DNA of 64,000 bases from Octopus vulgaris (Eukaryota), in assembly GCA_951406725.2 (NCBI GenBank), contig OX597823.1, forward strand, positions 48,050,001-48,114,000, in the 5' to 3' direction. Every line of letters starts with the position of its first letter. Within the stretch, counting starts at the first letter, position 1. Positions 22,765 through 36,639 of the stretch are shown here, piece after piece. A program made the position numbers and the translations under genes. The notes beneath the pieces were generated by a model. That model did no database searches, was not told the DNA's origin, and saw only the letters and a list, made by a program, of their open reading frames with translations.

Positions 22765-23125
22765 GTGGTTGTCTACTCCTTATGCAGGGTCTAACCACCT
22801 CTTGTACTTACACTTCAGAGCCATCATGGGATCTGATGTAGCTTTTTAAACCAGGCAATGTATTGAAAAGACACCCACATAGATTGCATATCTGATTTCG
22901 ACCACCAAGAGCTGCAGTTAAGTTATGATTGTTGATCTTAAAATGTCTTTTGAGGCCTCCACTAGAATTGCAGACCTTATTGCATACACGGCATTGACAA
23001 GCGTGCACAGACATATAGTCAAATAGTTGGAGATTCAATTTTCATGGGTCCGCAAATAAGACTTGATCCTGGCAAAAGAAAGGTATGGTCTGTAACAAAC
23101 TGTGTACACAAAAAGGTTGCTGCAA
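22764..23125 (-). mobile_element. LINE 3' fragment with two C2H2-like fingers, copy 2
   Basis: CRVCNKVCNSSGGLKRHFKIN...CNLCGCLFNTLPGLKSYIRSH; ends GTAGACAACCAC(TA)n. Confidence 0.6.
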
Positions 23126-23217
23126 TAGACACATGTATACACATCCACACAAACATATGTATACATATATATACATATTTACATATGTATGTGTATGTGT
23201 GTGTGTGTATATATATC

Positions 23218-23927
23218 CTCATCATCATCATTTAACGCCTACTTTCCATGCTAGCATGGATTGGATAATTTGACAGGACTGGCGAACCAGATGGCTGGAC
23301 CAGGCTCCAATCTGATCCTGCAGAGTTTCAACAGCTGGATGCCCTTCCTAACGCCGACCACTCCGAGAGTGTAGTGGGTGCTTTTACGTGCCAGTTAAGC
23401 TGTGTTTTTTACATGCCACCTGCACAGGAATCAGTCCAGCAGCACTGGCAACAACCTTGCTCGAATGTTTTGTTCACATACCAGTAAGGCGATGCTGGTA
23501 ATGATCATGCTCAAATGGTGCTTTTTACATGCCACTGGCATGGAAGCCAGACAGCTGCTTTGACAGTGATCCCGCTCGGATTGAGCTGTTAGCGCTTCAC
23601 TGGTATGGGTACCAGTCATCAAATTTGGTTCAATTTCGATTTCACTTGCCTCAACTGGTCTTTGCAAGCTGAGTTTTGTGTGCAAAGAAGGAAAGGTACG
23701 CATAAGTGGGCTGGCTACAACCCTGGTAAAGGCGACGGGTTATGGTTTCACTTGTCTTGTCAGGTCTTCTAATGCACAGCATATTTCCTAAGGTCTCGGT
23801 CGCTAGTCATTGCCTTGGTGAGGGCTAATGTTCGAAGGTCATGCTTCACCACCTCATTCCAAGTCTTCCTGGGTCTACCTCTTCCACAGGTTCCCTCAAA
23901 TGCTAGGGTGTGGCACTTTTTCACACA
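23218..23927 (-). mobile_element. RTE 3' end (ORF2 C-terminus + 3'UTR)
   Basis: VKKCHTLAFEGTCGRGRPRKTWNEVVKHDLRTLALTKAMTSDRDL; (GAT)n tail. Confidence 0.85.
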
Positions 23928-23928
23928 A

Positions 23929-23969
<41 letters not shown>

Positions 23970-24029
23970 TTCTCTCTGTAGTTTCAGCTCAGATCTGTGA
24001 CCATGCTTATGCACTGCCATTTTGCTACT

Positions 24030-25078
24030 GAGAGCCTCCTCCAATATGTGGCACTTGGTGTAGAATGGAGTTAGATATAGCTACCCTCATTTGCACCTCT
24101 TGCTATGAGGTAGGTTCATCTTTGGACTCTTGACAGGAAGTGGTCTAGCCATGATTTAAGAATGCCTACATCTACTTTGTGCAGGTTCCTCAGGCTCTTT
24201 GGGAGAATATTAAAAGTCTTTGGGCCCCTGAAACCCAGGGTGTTGCAATAACTGGTCCTCAAGTGCGATTGCGTTGCTGGGACCTTTGGTACTATGCAGT
24301 CTCAACCTGTTCTGGTATTGGTATAGCTTTCTGTGCCAAAATTTGGCACAATTCCTTCCAGATCTATAGTACTGCATACCTCTCTCGCATTCGCTCCAGA
24401 GAGTAGAGTCTTAGCTGTTTCAGCCTTTCCCAGTAGCTGTGAAGTTGCAAAGAGACGATCATCTTTTGGATTGCTTCTAGGTCCGCTGTTAATTTTGCAC
24501 TGTTGGGTGACCATAGCTGGGAGCAGTAATCCAGGCAGCTGAGGACAAATGTCCTCCATAGGACCATCTTGGTTTCCTTATCTCTGGTTCTGAATGTTCT
24601 CAGGATCCATCCAGCCAGTCTGCACTTTGTCACCATCCTGGTAATATGCACTTGGAAAGTGGTATCATCACTCATGTCGATACCCATGTCCCTCACTGAT
24701 TTAGTCTCTGGGATTGAAATTTCCTGTGGACCAGTGTACCCTGTGAGTTTCATATTCAGTTTTGGACGCTGGTAGTGCAGGGCTTGGAATTTTTCTGCAT
24801 TAGAGTGCATATTATTATCCTCAGCCCATCTGTAAATTGAGTCCAACTCCTGCTGCAGATGTGCATCATCACTGGGGTTCTGTATTTTCTGAGAGACTTT
24901 TGTATCGTCTGCATAGCTAGTAAGGGTGGCTATCTGGGCAGTTGAGGGTATATCTGAGAGGGCCACAATAAAAAGCAGTAGTCCCAAGACAGTGCCCTGT
25001 GGAACACCGCTCACTATTTGTGCCTTCATTGAGGTGGCTCCATTAGCCACTACTGCCTGACTCCTATCTTTCAGAAAG
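24030..25078 (-). mobile_element. CR1-group LINE RT fragment
   Basis: SGVPQGTVLGLLLF, SYADDTKV, LQQELDSIYRWAEDNNM, VRDMGI, GWILRTF, LDYCSQLWSP, SYWERLKQLRLYSLER. Confidence 0.92.
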
Positions 25079-25407
25079 TAAGTTTCAGGAAATATATACC
25101 AGCTTGCATTTCAAATTCCTGTGAACATTAAATATTCATCTCTCACTGGATGGGATCTTTTTTTTTTTTTTTTGCTGATCCCTCTACTAAACAGAGCAAT
25201 ACACTGTGTATTTACATATAATCCCTACTGTTGAGAAACACTTGTTTCTGGTGCACCTAAAAGCAAAAATATACACCAATCTCCTTTATTGCAAAGATAG
25301 TCTTAAAATTTCGGTTTATGTTTATAAATCATTTTACAGTAAACTTAGTACTGGTAATAAATTCATAATAATTACTTTTTTTTTCTCTCTTTTTTCTTTT
25401 TCACCAG

Positions 25408-25544
25408 CTCAAGATATAGCAGCACTACTCTATTGGACTGTAACTGTTCTCATTTTTTTTTTCTGCAAATCTTTACTGTGACTACTGATCTAAAGAACTC
25501 CAGGTTAATATCCAACTCCCTGATTTTCTGCAGTCATTACCCAG
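25408..25544 (+). other. Candidate non-coding internal exon
   Basis: Long polypyrimidine tract + CACCAG acceptor (25407); possible donors CAG|GTTAAT (25503) or CAG|GTAGCG (25544). Confidence 0.3.
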
Positions 25545-27391
25545 GTAGCGATCCCTTTTTACTCTGTTTGTGATAGTGTGTATTGAATATTTCTCTGATG
25601 ATATTATTATAGTGTACAATAATTTAAAACCAGGACTTCAGTTCTTTATTTCTTTTCCATATTTACACCTTTTGGATGTTTTGAATTGTGCTAAATCAGG
25701 TTGCCAATGTTTGGCTATGATTAAGAATTACTAAAGTGGAAAAAAAAATACTGGTTTTTGATAATCTTGTGTCCTATCAAAAACAGCTACTAGTTTTATA
25801 TGATCTCTTGGAAAATTTAATTTCATATTTTACTTAAAATATTTTAGTAAGTTTTGATGGTAAAAGCTCAAGAAGTTGTATTAAATGTTGCAGGAATCCT
25901 TAAACATTGCTTGTCCTGAATTGGTATTTTTTTGTTCTGTTTTTATTGACCTCAAAATATGAAATGTGAAAGGCGAAGTTGGTTATGCTAAACAATATCA
26001 CTGATAGGAACCTCAAGAGTTAATCTTTGTTGTATTAAAATCGTGTTAATGTCTTTAAACGATCAAGTAACTATTAATATCAAACTCCTTAATCTTTTGT
26101 TAGACAACTTTATCATATTGCTTACATTTATTTCTGTGTTACGTGAATAACCTCTTTCGCAATGCTTTAGTCTACAGAGATCTATATAACAAATTGATAC
26201 ATTGATCATAGCCTTAGTTATCCTTCTAAAACCACTAAACTAGATTATCTTTTCTATTTTTCAAATATCTTGTGCAATTCCTTATATAAATCTCTGTTGA
26301 TCACTAGAAGCAATGGTTTACAGGACTCAATACAGATGTAGAGTATTCTTCAATACATCATAACTGAAAGGCTTCCATTTCCAGTACTCAGAATTGCTTG
26401 TTTCCAATGATTAGCCAATAAACTGAGCCTGGTTTTCTTTTGAATATCTCCTGTTTGAATATTTTCTGAAATATGAAATGAAAGTTTGAAGGAAATGCTT
26501 ACCGTTATTTTCTTTTGTTCAGAAACCTTTGGGAACAACACATGCAAAAGCAGCTGCTTCATATACACATAGTTTTTGTTATATACACAAATACACATAG
26601 TTTTTAAAATTACCCATTATATGAAACTTCTCTCAAATTCCATTAAAGGAACTTTAGAAGCTTTTACTCAGGTGTTAAATAAATTCTTGTGAAGTTTATT
26701 CTAGATTATTCAATTTTTTCCCCTCTAGTTCTGAAAATGTCTGCAGTCCTTTCTCATAAACATATTTGTCCAGATTACATTTCTTGCTACTCATGGTTCT
26801 ATATCTAATAACTTCAAGATATATGCTTAAACGTTGTGTGAATGTTACCAAAAGTAATTTTTGGAATCTTTCTTTCAATTGACCTTTTGATATCAACCTG
26901 CCTGAAACTACTCCTAGTTTTATAATATGTTTCTAAATTAGAGCAATCTAAAGTAAAACCTTCCTTCAATGGGTCTTCCTGTTAATGTTTCAAACAGTCA
27001 TTTAACCCTTAGGAGCTGACAGGGCTGGTTTATCAACTGAAAAGTTGACTGATGAAGAAAATTGTATTAGTTCATTCAGTTTTCTACAAGAATATATATA
27101 GTTTTATATATGTAAAGTAATTACTTTATTTCTATAATTCTTTTTTAAAAACAAGTGCATGCCCCCCATAGGGCTTGTGAAAAGGGCTCCGTCTTCTTGG
27201 CACTAAAACTCCAGATGAGGCTCCTGTCTCCAAAGCATTAATAGTGACAAAGTTATTTTATTATATACTTCTTTATTTAAAATAAACTGACGCAAAAGCA
27301 GCATATTTCAACAGAAATATAATGAAAGGTTTAAAATAAAGAGAGGCTGTAGAAAGAATTTAGTAAACTATGATGTTTGGTGAATACTTTA

Positions 27392-27515
27392 CAGCAGGCA
27401 TGGACAACCTTTATCAAGAAGTGGGCCATAGGAGACATGGCTCATCATCAGGTGGGCTGCACTAGTTAGGTGTGCCATTCACAAGGCCCCATAGATCACA
27501 GTTTGCCCATAACTG
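27392..27515. mobile_element. hAT-type MITE
   Basis: CAGGCATGGACAAC...GTTTGCCCATAACTG ends; relatives at 37121-37246 and ~53770-53910. Confidence 0.55.
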
Positions 27516-28732
27516 CTTTACAGTTCCCTATATGAGAACTGATCTTATGTTTGATTCCTGTTAGGATTTTCTTTGATTTATCTGCTTGATTTTGTATCTG
27601 GATAGTGGCAATCAATGGTCTAGAGAGGCTAAGGAGAGACCCATGAATATCTGACTGGCCTCCTTCTCAAAAGCAAATAAATAAATGACTTCAAGGTCTT
27701 CTTGAATTTTGAAAGGAACCCCACTTCCCAGTCCCCAAAATAGTCTTGTTTTGCCCTGTAGTATTTCTCTTGTAGGCCCTAGTCAGATATACTATTCTGC
27801 TTAATATTATCTAATAAAGACTTATCTGGAGAGAAACCTAACAACGATAAATATTTGTAAAATGTAGACCTAAGTAAAATCACTCTGTATTCGATGACAA
27901 CACCTCATTAAAGTGTTTACCAAGTAATATCAAAGGGTTGACCAACAGCAACCATATTTCTGAATTCCTGGCTTACATGTCTGTTCCCTTGTCTTTGACT
28001 GTGTAATATATTTTATTATGCATTTAAAAGTTGAGGACTAGGTGGTGAGACTCTTCCAAATGGAACACATGGCTGTTTTCCTTTTGTGCCTCCTACCCTG
28101 ACAATATTGTTTGTAATAGCTGTTATCTATAGTAATAAACACAAAATTTTGTCTATCTGGGACAAAATCTATCTGTCTGTCCCTGTATATCAGTCTACAA
28201 AGACATATACCTTTTTTGGTATCTGGATGATCACAGGATTGAAAATCTGTCCTTCATTTGGTTCTTGAACATCCAGTATTAGGATCAGGTCTGGATGAGG
28301 ATTTGTTATACACTAAGAGTTGAAAATTCGAATTTTAAATCCCAAAATTTGTGAACTTACAAGTTTTTCATTTAAACTGGATTTAAAGTAATACCATATT
28401 GATTGGGTACCAATCAGTGTTGTATTGTTATCACTCTCTTTAATTTTGGGCTGCAGGCCCAGTTAGCCTCCACAGGAGCTAGCTTAAAAGTTCGCACAGA
28501 GTGCAGCTTTTAAGCTAGTTAGAAATAACGGTAAATGGTCTGTATACTGAAGACTTATTTCAAATACTAATTGTACAGCTGAGTTTCCAGTTTTAGGAAG
28601 AACTCACCCACCATGTGATACGTGACACATTACAGAACACAGTATCTCAACATTTAATGTCATTTCAGAAGAAAGAAACTATTGAACTGCAAAATAATAA
28701 ATTACAGATGAAGTTTCAACTTAATCGTTTTC

Positions 28733-29180
28733 TTAAACCCTTTAGCGTTCAGATTATTCTGACAATTGTAATGCTTTTTTTATTCACTTTGTTTTTAATT
28801 AATCATGCATTGTCTTATAGCTTTGAGATTTTGATAATGTGATTTATTTTTAGAATGCCATGCACCTGTACTGGTGCCACATGAAAAGCACCGGCGCTGA
28901 TGCCATGTAAAAAGCTCTTGTGATGGTGTCACATAAAAAGCTCTCAGTATGCTCTGTAAAGTGGTTTGCATTAGGAAGGGCATCTAGCCATAGAAACCAT
29001 ACTGAAGCAAACAATTAGAACCTGGTGCAGCTCTTGTCAAAATGTCCAACCCAAGCCAGCATGGAAAATGGACTTCAAATGATGATTTAGGGTAGGTGTG
29101 AGAGGCTGGATCTAGAAAGTTTCAATATAAAACAGCACATTTGGGACCAGGTATGGTCCCTTTATTGCTAACAAGTTAAA
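28733..29180 (+). mobile_element. MITE family G interrupted by an RTE tail (~28860-29085)
   Basis: AACCCTTTAGCGTTCAGATTA start; resumes TAGGGTAGGTGTGAGAGGCTGGATC after the (GAT) tail. Confidence 0.7.
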
Positions 29181-29411
29181 TATTGATGTTCATAAGTATA
29201 GCAGATTTATTAAAATAATTTCACTACCTCTGCTTCGGAAATAATCTCTCTCTTGAGAAAGAGCATTCTCATGGAACAAGGAATAAAAGCCAAGATAGTT
29301 AACTGAGATTAGGATCTGGTGTGTCTGACTCTGCTAGCCTTCTGGAAATGTTGGTCATCATGACAAATTGGAAAGGAACACAGTGTCTACTATTCCATTG
29401 CTTTTTTTTTT

Positions 29412-30656
29412 TTAACCCTTTTGTTACTATGTTTCTGACCAAAATCCACCCCTCATGAGTTTCAATTAAATTCTAAAATAATCATGAATTTTGACTAGTT
29501 TCATTAAACAACTGTAACTTTTTTACTTATCAACATATTAATGTGATATTTGGAACATAATTAAAGAAAGGGTTCTTAATCAATTCTATTGCATAACTTT
29601 TGTCTCAAAGTGACTCTAATTACAGGTAAATCCAGGCAAACTAAGCAAAAGGTAAAAATATTAAAATTTTGCTTAAACATCACCATAGAAAATGAATCAT
29701 CAGCTAATATTCAATTGGGTATGCAACAAAATTTTGATATAGAAGAATTGTGCACATCACTAGATTGTCAGTTGAATTTAATACACAACAGAACAGATGT
29801 ACCTTAATGGTGAAATAAACTGAAATACTGGAATCCACCTAAATTCACCGCAAGTTTGACCAAACTAAAAAATTTGGTCAAAAAATAATATACAACCCTG
29901 GTTATGGTACGGAAGTGGTAAATTCCAGACCACATCATACCCTAGGCCATGCTGACTAACATTATTTTACCTGTATAAAAATTAAATCCATAGCAGTACC
30001 CAGTATTTGCTTCACAAATTTTCCAAACTTTGATCCTCCATTTCGTGGGCTTTCCTGGCATATACTGTTTGTTTTTCATTCTGCATAACAGTTTGTTTCC
30101 GCAGTGATCGCTTCAAACAAGCATATTGAAAACAATAAAAGTCTAACGGTTTTGCTTCCTAAGAAAGACTATGGATAACCCCTTCTCAGAAAATTGCTAA
30201 TAAAAACATTTTTAAAGTTTTTACTTCATTCCGATGTAAAATCGTCTTTGCTGTCGCAATCGTTGCTTTGTTTCTTCAGAATTGCTGCTTTTGGTTTCGG
30301 ATGCATTCTTGTACACTACGTGCCTCATTCATTCTTTTTCTCTATATCTCCATATTTTCTGTTGAAAAACCTTTAAATTCAGAATCACTGCTTGATAGCA
30401 TGAAAAAAAAATCAATGCCGAAAAAATGTGGAAAACTATCTCCCAAAATTTACTGAGTTCAGATATCACATCAAGCAATGTTGGATACTATAACTCAACT
30501 ATTTACAAAGTGAAATCACATATTTTTACAGATGTACTAAAGAGATTTGTGCTTAAATTCACATTTAAATAACAATGGGTACTCTTGGTTAGGTTGGTCT
30601 TGTGAACCAAAAATTTTTTCGGCTGGCTATGGCTGGGTTAGTATCAAAAGGGTTAA
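29412..30656. mobile_element. Non-autonomous piggyBac-like element (~1.25 kb)
   Basis: TTAA-CCCTTTTGTTACTA ... TAGTATCAAAAGGG-TTAA inverted termini with TTAA target sites. Confidence 0.75.
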
Positions 30657-32275
30657 ACAAAAGCTAGTCTAATGTAGTCAAGCTTTCTTCACTATAGGGT
30701 TGATATCATACACAATATCTATGTTGCTATTCATTGTCTGATATCTGTTTTCCATGCTGGCTTAGGTTGGACAGTTTGACAGGAGCTGGCAAGCCTGAGA
30801 ATTGCACTTGGCTCCAATTGTCTGTTCTGGTATGGTTTCTATGGCTGTATAACCTTCCTAATGTCAACTACTTTACACAGTGTACTGGTGCTTTTTATGT
30901 GGCACCAGTACCCAAGTGGTCGCCAACTAGCTTGGAAGGCAAAGACAATTCAGCTGAAGGAGGAGTGGAACCAAGAGAAGTGAGGGAACCAGTTGTTTAG
31001 CTCTAATAAAATTTAACGAGATATGTTCCATAACCTGAATAGCCTTTATGATGCATTGACTTCTCAGATTGTAAAAATTTAGGTTATATTCAGAGAATAT
31101 TTGGCAATCATAAACTTTATAAATTTCCTTAGGTGAAAAAGGTTTTTTTTCCTTTTTCTTTTACATAGACAATATCATCAGCATCCAATGTGCCATCAAG
31201 GGTTACTGATGTCTTGCATTGGGAAGATTTTGGCCTAATAGTCTGTAAAATTGCCATTATGTAGTAAATGCGTTTCACTTTCAACTGAGTCAACTAGAAC
31301 AATGTGAAATGAAGTGCCTTGCCTAAAAACGTAATGCATAATGTTTTGTTATTCCTTATTTGGTATTTTTGGGCTTTATTAATCCTAGACTACTTTGTCT
31401 TTAATGAGAGCGAAGTGTCTACCTTCAGAGGAAGTGTTTTTATTCACTTAAGTTCTCAAATACACTTGATACAAGAAAAAAGAAAGTGATAGGTCACCTT
31501 ACTTCTGAAAGTGTTCCAGCTACAGCGCTGTCTGATTTGTGAATGGGATGGAGTTATCAGTAGCACAGAGGCAATCATTTTCTATTTTGATCTTAAATTC
31601 TTTTTAAAGGTGGTCACTGTACTGCTAGGAATAGTAACTAAATCTTCCTTAAATTACACTCTACCATCTTGAAAAGAGTGAAACAAGATTGTGATGGTTA
31701 CAATACCTTTTGATCACAGGTTGAACATTACTTTATGATTGCTTTTCCATATTGATATGGGTTGGACAAGTCATCAGAGTCCAAGTTAGTTCTTTGGTGT
31801 TACTGAATTAACTCAAACTGATGACACATCCAACCCATACCAGCATGGAAAAGTGCATGTGAAATGGTGATTTTTGTGTTTTGTTGTTTAGAGTTTAGAT
31901 AAAACATGACATGTCACAGTAACAGCAAAACTGTTGGATGAATCAAGTAAATTATGTTTTCATTTTTGGCATTGCTGGTTCTATAGGTGGAATGGCTGTT
32001 CTTGACAATGTGTCACTGTTCTTTTTCTTTTTGCATCCAGTTATAGGAGACAGGTTTTCAACTAAGAACACAGAGCTGGAACAGATATGGCAAAATATCC
32101 TCTCCTCTGCTCTAAGATATTCACTTATCCACCACCATGGACTGTACTGTATCAACTCTGAAAGGATAGAAGGCAAAGTTGATTTTGACAGGATTTGATC
32201 TCAGAGAGCAGAAATTTGGAAAAATATTCTACAAAGCATTCTATTCAATGCTTTTCAAATGATTTAGATTTAGAA

Positions 32276-32538
32276 CAGGTGGTCTCCAACCATCAGGCTG
32301 CTGACCAGTACCCGGTTGCACAGAAAGGATGAACTTTCAAATTTTTGCTTGTATTATAATGCATATTAAAATGTAATAATAGTAGCAATAAAGTGCATAA
32401 TATACAATGTTATAATTACATTTGCATTTTATATATATTATGCACTTTGTGTTTTGTTATGCATGTGATATTTTGGCCCGTGGAAAAATTGTCTTGCATA
32501 ATGCTAGTCTATTGTCCAAAAATGGATGGGGACCGCTG
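32276..32538. mobile_element. hAT-Charlie-like MITE
   Basis: CAGGTGGTCTCCAACC ... GGATGGGGACCGCTG termini. Confidence 0.6.
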
Positions 32539-32549
32539 AGTATGTTGTG

Positions 32550-32782
32550 ACCCTGTTGGTGCTGGTGCCATGTAAAAAGCACTGGTGATGGTTCCACATA
32601 ATAAGCACCCAGTATACATCCTGTAAAGTGGCTAGTGTTAGGGCATCCAGCTGTAGAAACCAGGCCAAAGCAGGCAATGGAACTTGATGTAGCTTCTGGC
32701 TTTGCCAGTTCCTGACCTTGTCACCTCCTGTAAAGTCATCCAACTGATGTCAGCAAGGAAGATGGATGTTAAATGGTGATGT
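32550..32782 (+). mobile_element. RTE 3' tail
   Basis: AGGGCATCCAGCTGTAGAAAC...GGATGTTAAATGGTGATG. Confidence 0.7.
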
Positions 32783-33124
32783 ATCATCAATAGCTGACTG
32801 TTGAAATTTCTCCAAAACAGTAAACTGATATGTAATCTTGAAGTAACTTAGAAGCTAATCAACTATATTTAATTATTTAAGAATAGTGTGTTGTTACTTC
32901 ACTGGAAAAAAGTCTAATTTATTATCTATAATCTATATAATGAATTTATCATGTAATACATCTGATCCGTGTTGGACCCATTTTTCACATAACCAATATC
33001 TTGTGCTTCATAATAAACTGCACGCAAGTCACTGAGATTATACTGTGTCAGTGAACAAGATATTTAATGCTCAAGTGGCCAGGTCTACCTACCTAGCTGT
33101 TAATTTGTACTTTATGTTAAGATG

Positions 33125-33590
33125 GGAAGAATAAGCACATGGATAGTTTTTGGTTCAGTCCCACTGCATAGCACCTTGAGCAAGTGTCTTCTACTATAGG
33201 GTAGGGCCAACCAAATCCTTGTAAGTGATTTTTGTGTTTTGTTGTTTAGATAAAACATGACATGTCACAGTAGCAGTAAAACTGTTGGACGGACCAAGTA
33301 AATTATGTTTTCATATTTTGCATTGCTGGTTCTATAGGTGGATGGCTGTTCTTGACATAAGTGGATTTGGTTGAGGTAAACTGAAAAAAAGCCTGTTGTG
33401 TCTATATACACGTGTGTGTGTCTTCATGTTTGTCCATCATTACTGCTTGACAACCAATGTTGGTGTGTTTATGCCCCCATAACATAGCAGTTCAGCTAAA
33501 AAAACCAATTTAATAAGTACCAGGCTTAAAAAAATTAATACTGGGGATTGATTCATTCAACTAAAAAAGTTTGAGGTGGTGCAGTCTAAT
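33125..33590 (+). mobile_element. SINE family A interrupted by a 130-bp local insert
   Basis: Head ...CACCTTGAGCAAGTGTCTT...CCTTGTAAGTG | insert | TAAGTGGATTTGG. Confidence 0.8.
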
Positions 33591-33804
33591 AAAGGTAACA
33601 ACATAGTATGTTGCTCTCAGAATTGGTGCATTGGGTTCTTTAACGAAACTCTTCATTTCACATTGTTCTAGTCGATTCAGCTGTAAACAGGTAACACTGT
33701 CATGGTATTAACTCTCTGAACATTTTAATCTTGGTTCTTTCTCTCGTTTCTATGCTTTCGAAGGACATACCTCCTCTATTAATGAGGTCTATTGTCATCG
33801 TTGA

Positions 33805-34050
33805 TATCATCATCATCATCATTCAGTGTCCATATTCCATGATGACATGGGTTGGATGGCTTGACAAGGAGCTAGCAAGCCAGAGGATTGAACCAAACTC
33901 TACTGTGTTCTTTGGCATGGTTTCTACAACAGGATGCCCTTCCTAATGCCAGCCACTTTACAGAGTATACTGGGTACCTTTTATATGGCACCAGCACAGG
34001 AGCTTTCTATATGACGCCAGCACGGGTGCCTTTTACATGGCCCCGGCAGG
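33805..34050 (-). mobile_element. RTE 3' tail
   Basis: (ATC)n...GGATGCCCTTCCTAATGCC. Confidence 0.7.
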
Positions 34051-34330
34051 GTAACAAAGGATGAACACTTGAAAGAATTAATTTCATGTGTACTGTTAGT
34101 GCTCACTATTCCTGTAGATCTTCCATATATAAAGTCTACATTCCGTCTCAGTGATTCTACTACACTTCTTTGGCACTTTACAGTGAGTATACAGTTTGGA
34201 ATTCCTACCTACTCATCTTTTACATAACAAGCTTGGCCACTTCCTCAGTAGCAGCAAAAATTCCTGTGTTTCCTTGGTTTACTTTGAGACTTGGCAATTG
34301 TAGGTTTTGCTTCCAAGATAGGAAATTTTC

Positions 34331-34913
34331 TTAACCCTTTGACATTTAATCCAAACCAAATATTCTACCTGTTTTATGTTAAAACTGATCAGGCATGGCT
34401 GGGTGATAAGAAGCTTGCTTCCCAGCTACAATGTTCCAGGTTCAGTCCCACTGTGTGGCACCTTGGGCAAGTGTCTTCTACTATAGCCTCAGGACAGCCA
34501 AACTTTGTGAGTGGATTTGATAGACGGAAACTAAAAGAAGCCTGCCACATATATATACATATATATATATAAGTATATATATTTATGTGTCTGTGTCTAT
34601 GTTTGTCCCCTCACCATTGCTTGACAACTGATGTTGATGTGTTTATGTCCTCATAACCTAGCAGTATGGCAAAAGAGACCAACAGAATAAGTATTAGGCT
34701 TACAAAGAATAAGTCCAGGAGTCAATGTCTTTGACTGAACCCTGTAAAAGAATAAAAGCATATCCAATCTCATGTATGCTACAATGTCATTCTAAAAATA
34801 TCCAAATACACCATTGAAATCTTTAAGCTACAAAATAATGTTTAATTAATTCAACAAAATGTGAACAAATAAGCCAGCCTTATGTTAGAATAATCTGAAT
34901 GTTAAAGGGTTAA
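34331..34913 (-). mobile_element. MITE family G with a nested plus-strand SINE A (~34391-34755)
   Basis: TTAACCCTTTGACATT ... AATGTTAAAGGGTTAA termini around a SINE A copy. Confidence 0.75.
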
Positions 34914-35464
34914 TCTCGGATTAATTCAAAGATGAGAGCTAGGTTTTCAGAATGCAAAATCTCTCTGGGGTATCCATCCTTAAACTGGTAATCCCCTGGA
35001 AGACTAATAAACACAAGGGTGCTGAGAACTATATCTGTTGGAATCTTCAGTTCAATGTCCTAGACCTGCTGGACAAACACGACTGCTTTTACAGTCTCTG
35101 ACAGCTAAGAATGTTTCTTTCTACTGGCCATTTTTGGCCAGTTGATACATTTCTACTAGAGGCCTCTATTTCTTACCTTTAAATAAGGTCTTGGCAAAAT
35201 ATTCAAGTAGCTGGCACTTTACAAGTTGCTGTGTTTGACAAGTAGACCCAAGGTGTGCCTTTTTGTATCCTCTTTTGGAATCTGCCATGTTGATGTTGAT
35301 ACATCTCAAAGAGAAATGAGCATTAATTATATGGTTGGCACATGCTGTGTAGCATTGTGATTGGTCATCTCTATTTATGATCTAAACTATATTGAAAGTT
35401 ACCTGGCACAACTTCTGTATACACACTCTATATCTGTTTACACACACATGCTTGCACATAGCTT

Positions 35465-35821
35465 TGTGCTGGTGTCACGCAAGAAGCCCAACTAATGGTG
35501 CTGTGTAAAAATCACCCAGAACACTTTGTGAAGTGTTTGGTGTTCGGAAGGGCATCCAGCTGTAGAATCCATGCTAAATCAGACAATGGAACCTGGTATG
35601 GATCCTGGCCTTGCCAGTTCCATGTCAAACCGTCCAACCCATGCCAGCATGTAAAACTGACATGTATTGGCATGGTTGTGTAGCCAGAAGTTTACTTTCC
35701 AACCACATGGTTTAGCATTCAGTCCCACTGAGTGTCACCTTGGACAAGTGTCTTCTACTATAGTCTTGGGTTGATCGAAGCCTTGTGAGTAGATTTGGCT
35801 GATAAAAACTGAAAGAAGTCC

Positions 35822-35859
<38 letters not shown>

Positions 35860-35950
35860 CATGTGTGAGGAGAGGGTACTGTTTCTTTGTCTGGACATCA
35901 TGTGATAGTCGTAAACATGTATCATTGTCATACAAGCAGTGTTCTTTGTT
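35465..35950 (+). mobile_element. RTE tail followed by a SINE A head with a variant tail
   Basis: GGAAGGGCATCCAGCTGTAG; CACCTTGGACAAGTGTCTTC; the sequence after the microsatellite differs from the usual A tail. Confidence 0.6.
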
Positions 35951-36109
35951 TTCCATCATGTAGCTATATGGATTTTTATGCACAATATACCAATGTGAAC
36001 TACAACATATTTGTGGGGGTTTAGAATCAAAACATCATCAAGACTCATGTCCAGTATCAACTGGGCAACAATGGCTTGTAAACAGTTTTAATAGACTTTA
36101 ATCTTTCGA

Positions 36110-36320
36110 AGGTGGTGAGCTGGTAGAATCGTTAGCACACCAGACAAAATGCTTAGTGACATTTCGTCTGTCTTTACATTCTGAGTTCAAATTCTGCTAA
36201 GGTTGACTTTGCTTTTCTTCCTTTCGGGGTTGATAAAAATAAGTACCAGTTGAGTAACTGGGGTCAATATAGGCAACTCCACCCCACCCCTTCAGAATTG
36301 CTGGCCTTGTGCCGAAACAA
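36110..36320 (+). mobile_element. SINE family D
   Basis: AGGTGGTGAGCTGGTAGAATCG...GAGTTCAAATTC...CCTTTCGGGGTTGATAAAAATAAGTACCAG. Confidence 0.85.
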
Positions 36321-36639
36321 GAAAAGAATATACTTCATCGTTTGAAAACAAATTTTGTTTTTTCCCTAAGACATGGTACCAAATGCTGAAGCAAAGGATT
36401 TTGAGAAGTATAAGAGGCATTTATTAAAGCCTGAGAGGCATTTATAAAAAGCAATCAAGTTTTCCCATTTGTATTTGACTTTTCTTTTGTAACATATCAT
36501 TTGGCTGCAGGTCTGTAACTTCAAGACAGAAATCTGATGGAAGTTCCTTGATAATGCATTCAAATGGATATTGTAAGATTTTCAATAAGTTGGCTGAGTA
36601 TACCAATTTGCACAACTATTTGTTGTTTCTAAGAAGTGG

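Noticed and set aside
22808-23038. Host C2H2 zinc-finger gene
   Set aside because: Two dispersed decayed copies with the same 3' end at (TA)n and no TGEKP linkers; better explained as a retroelement tail
26000-26896. Coding-looking minus-strand stretch
   Set aside because: Multiple stops, with no recognisable domain or exon boundaries
28477-28520. Small hairpin AGCTAGCTTAAAAG...CTTTTAAGCTAGTT
   Set aside because: Single short stem with no supporting context; function cannot be supported
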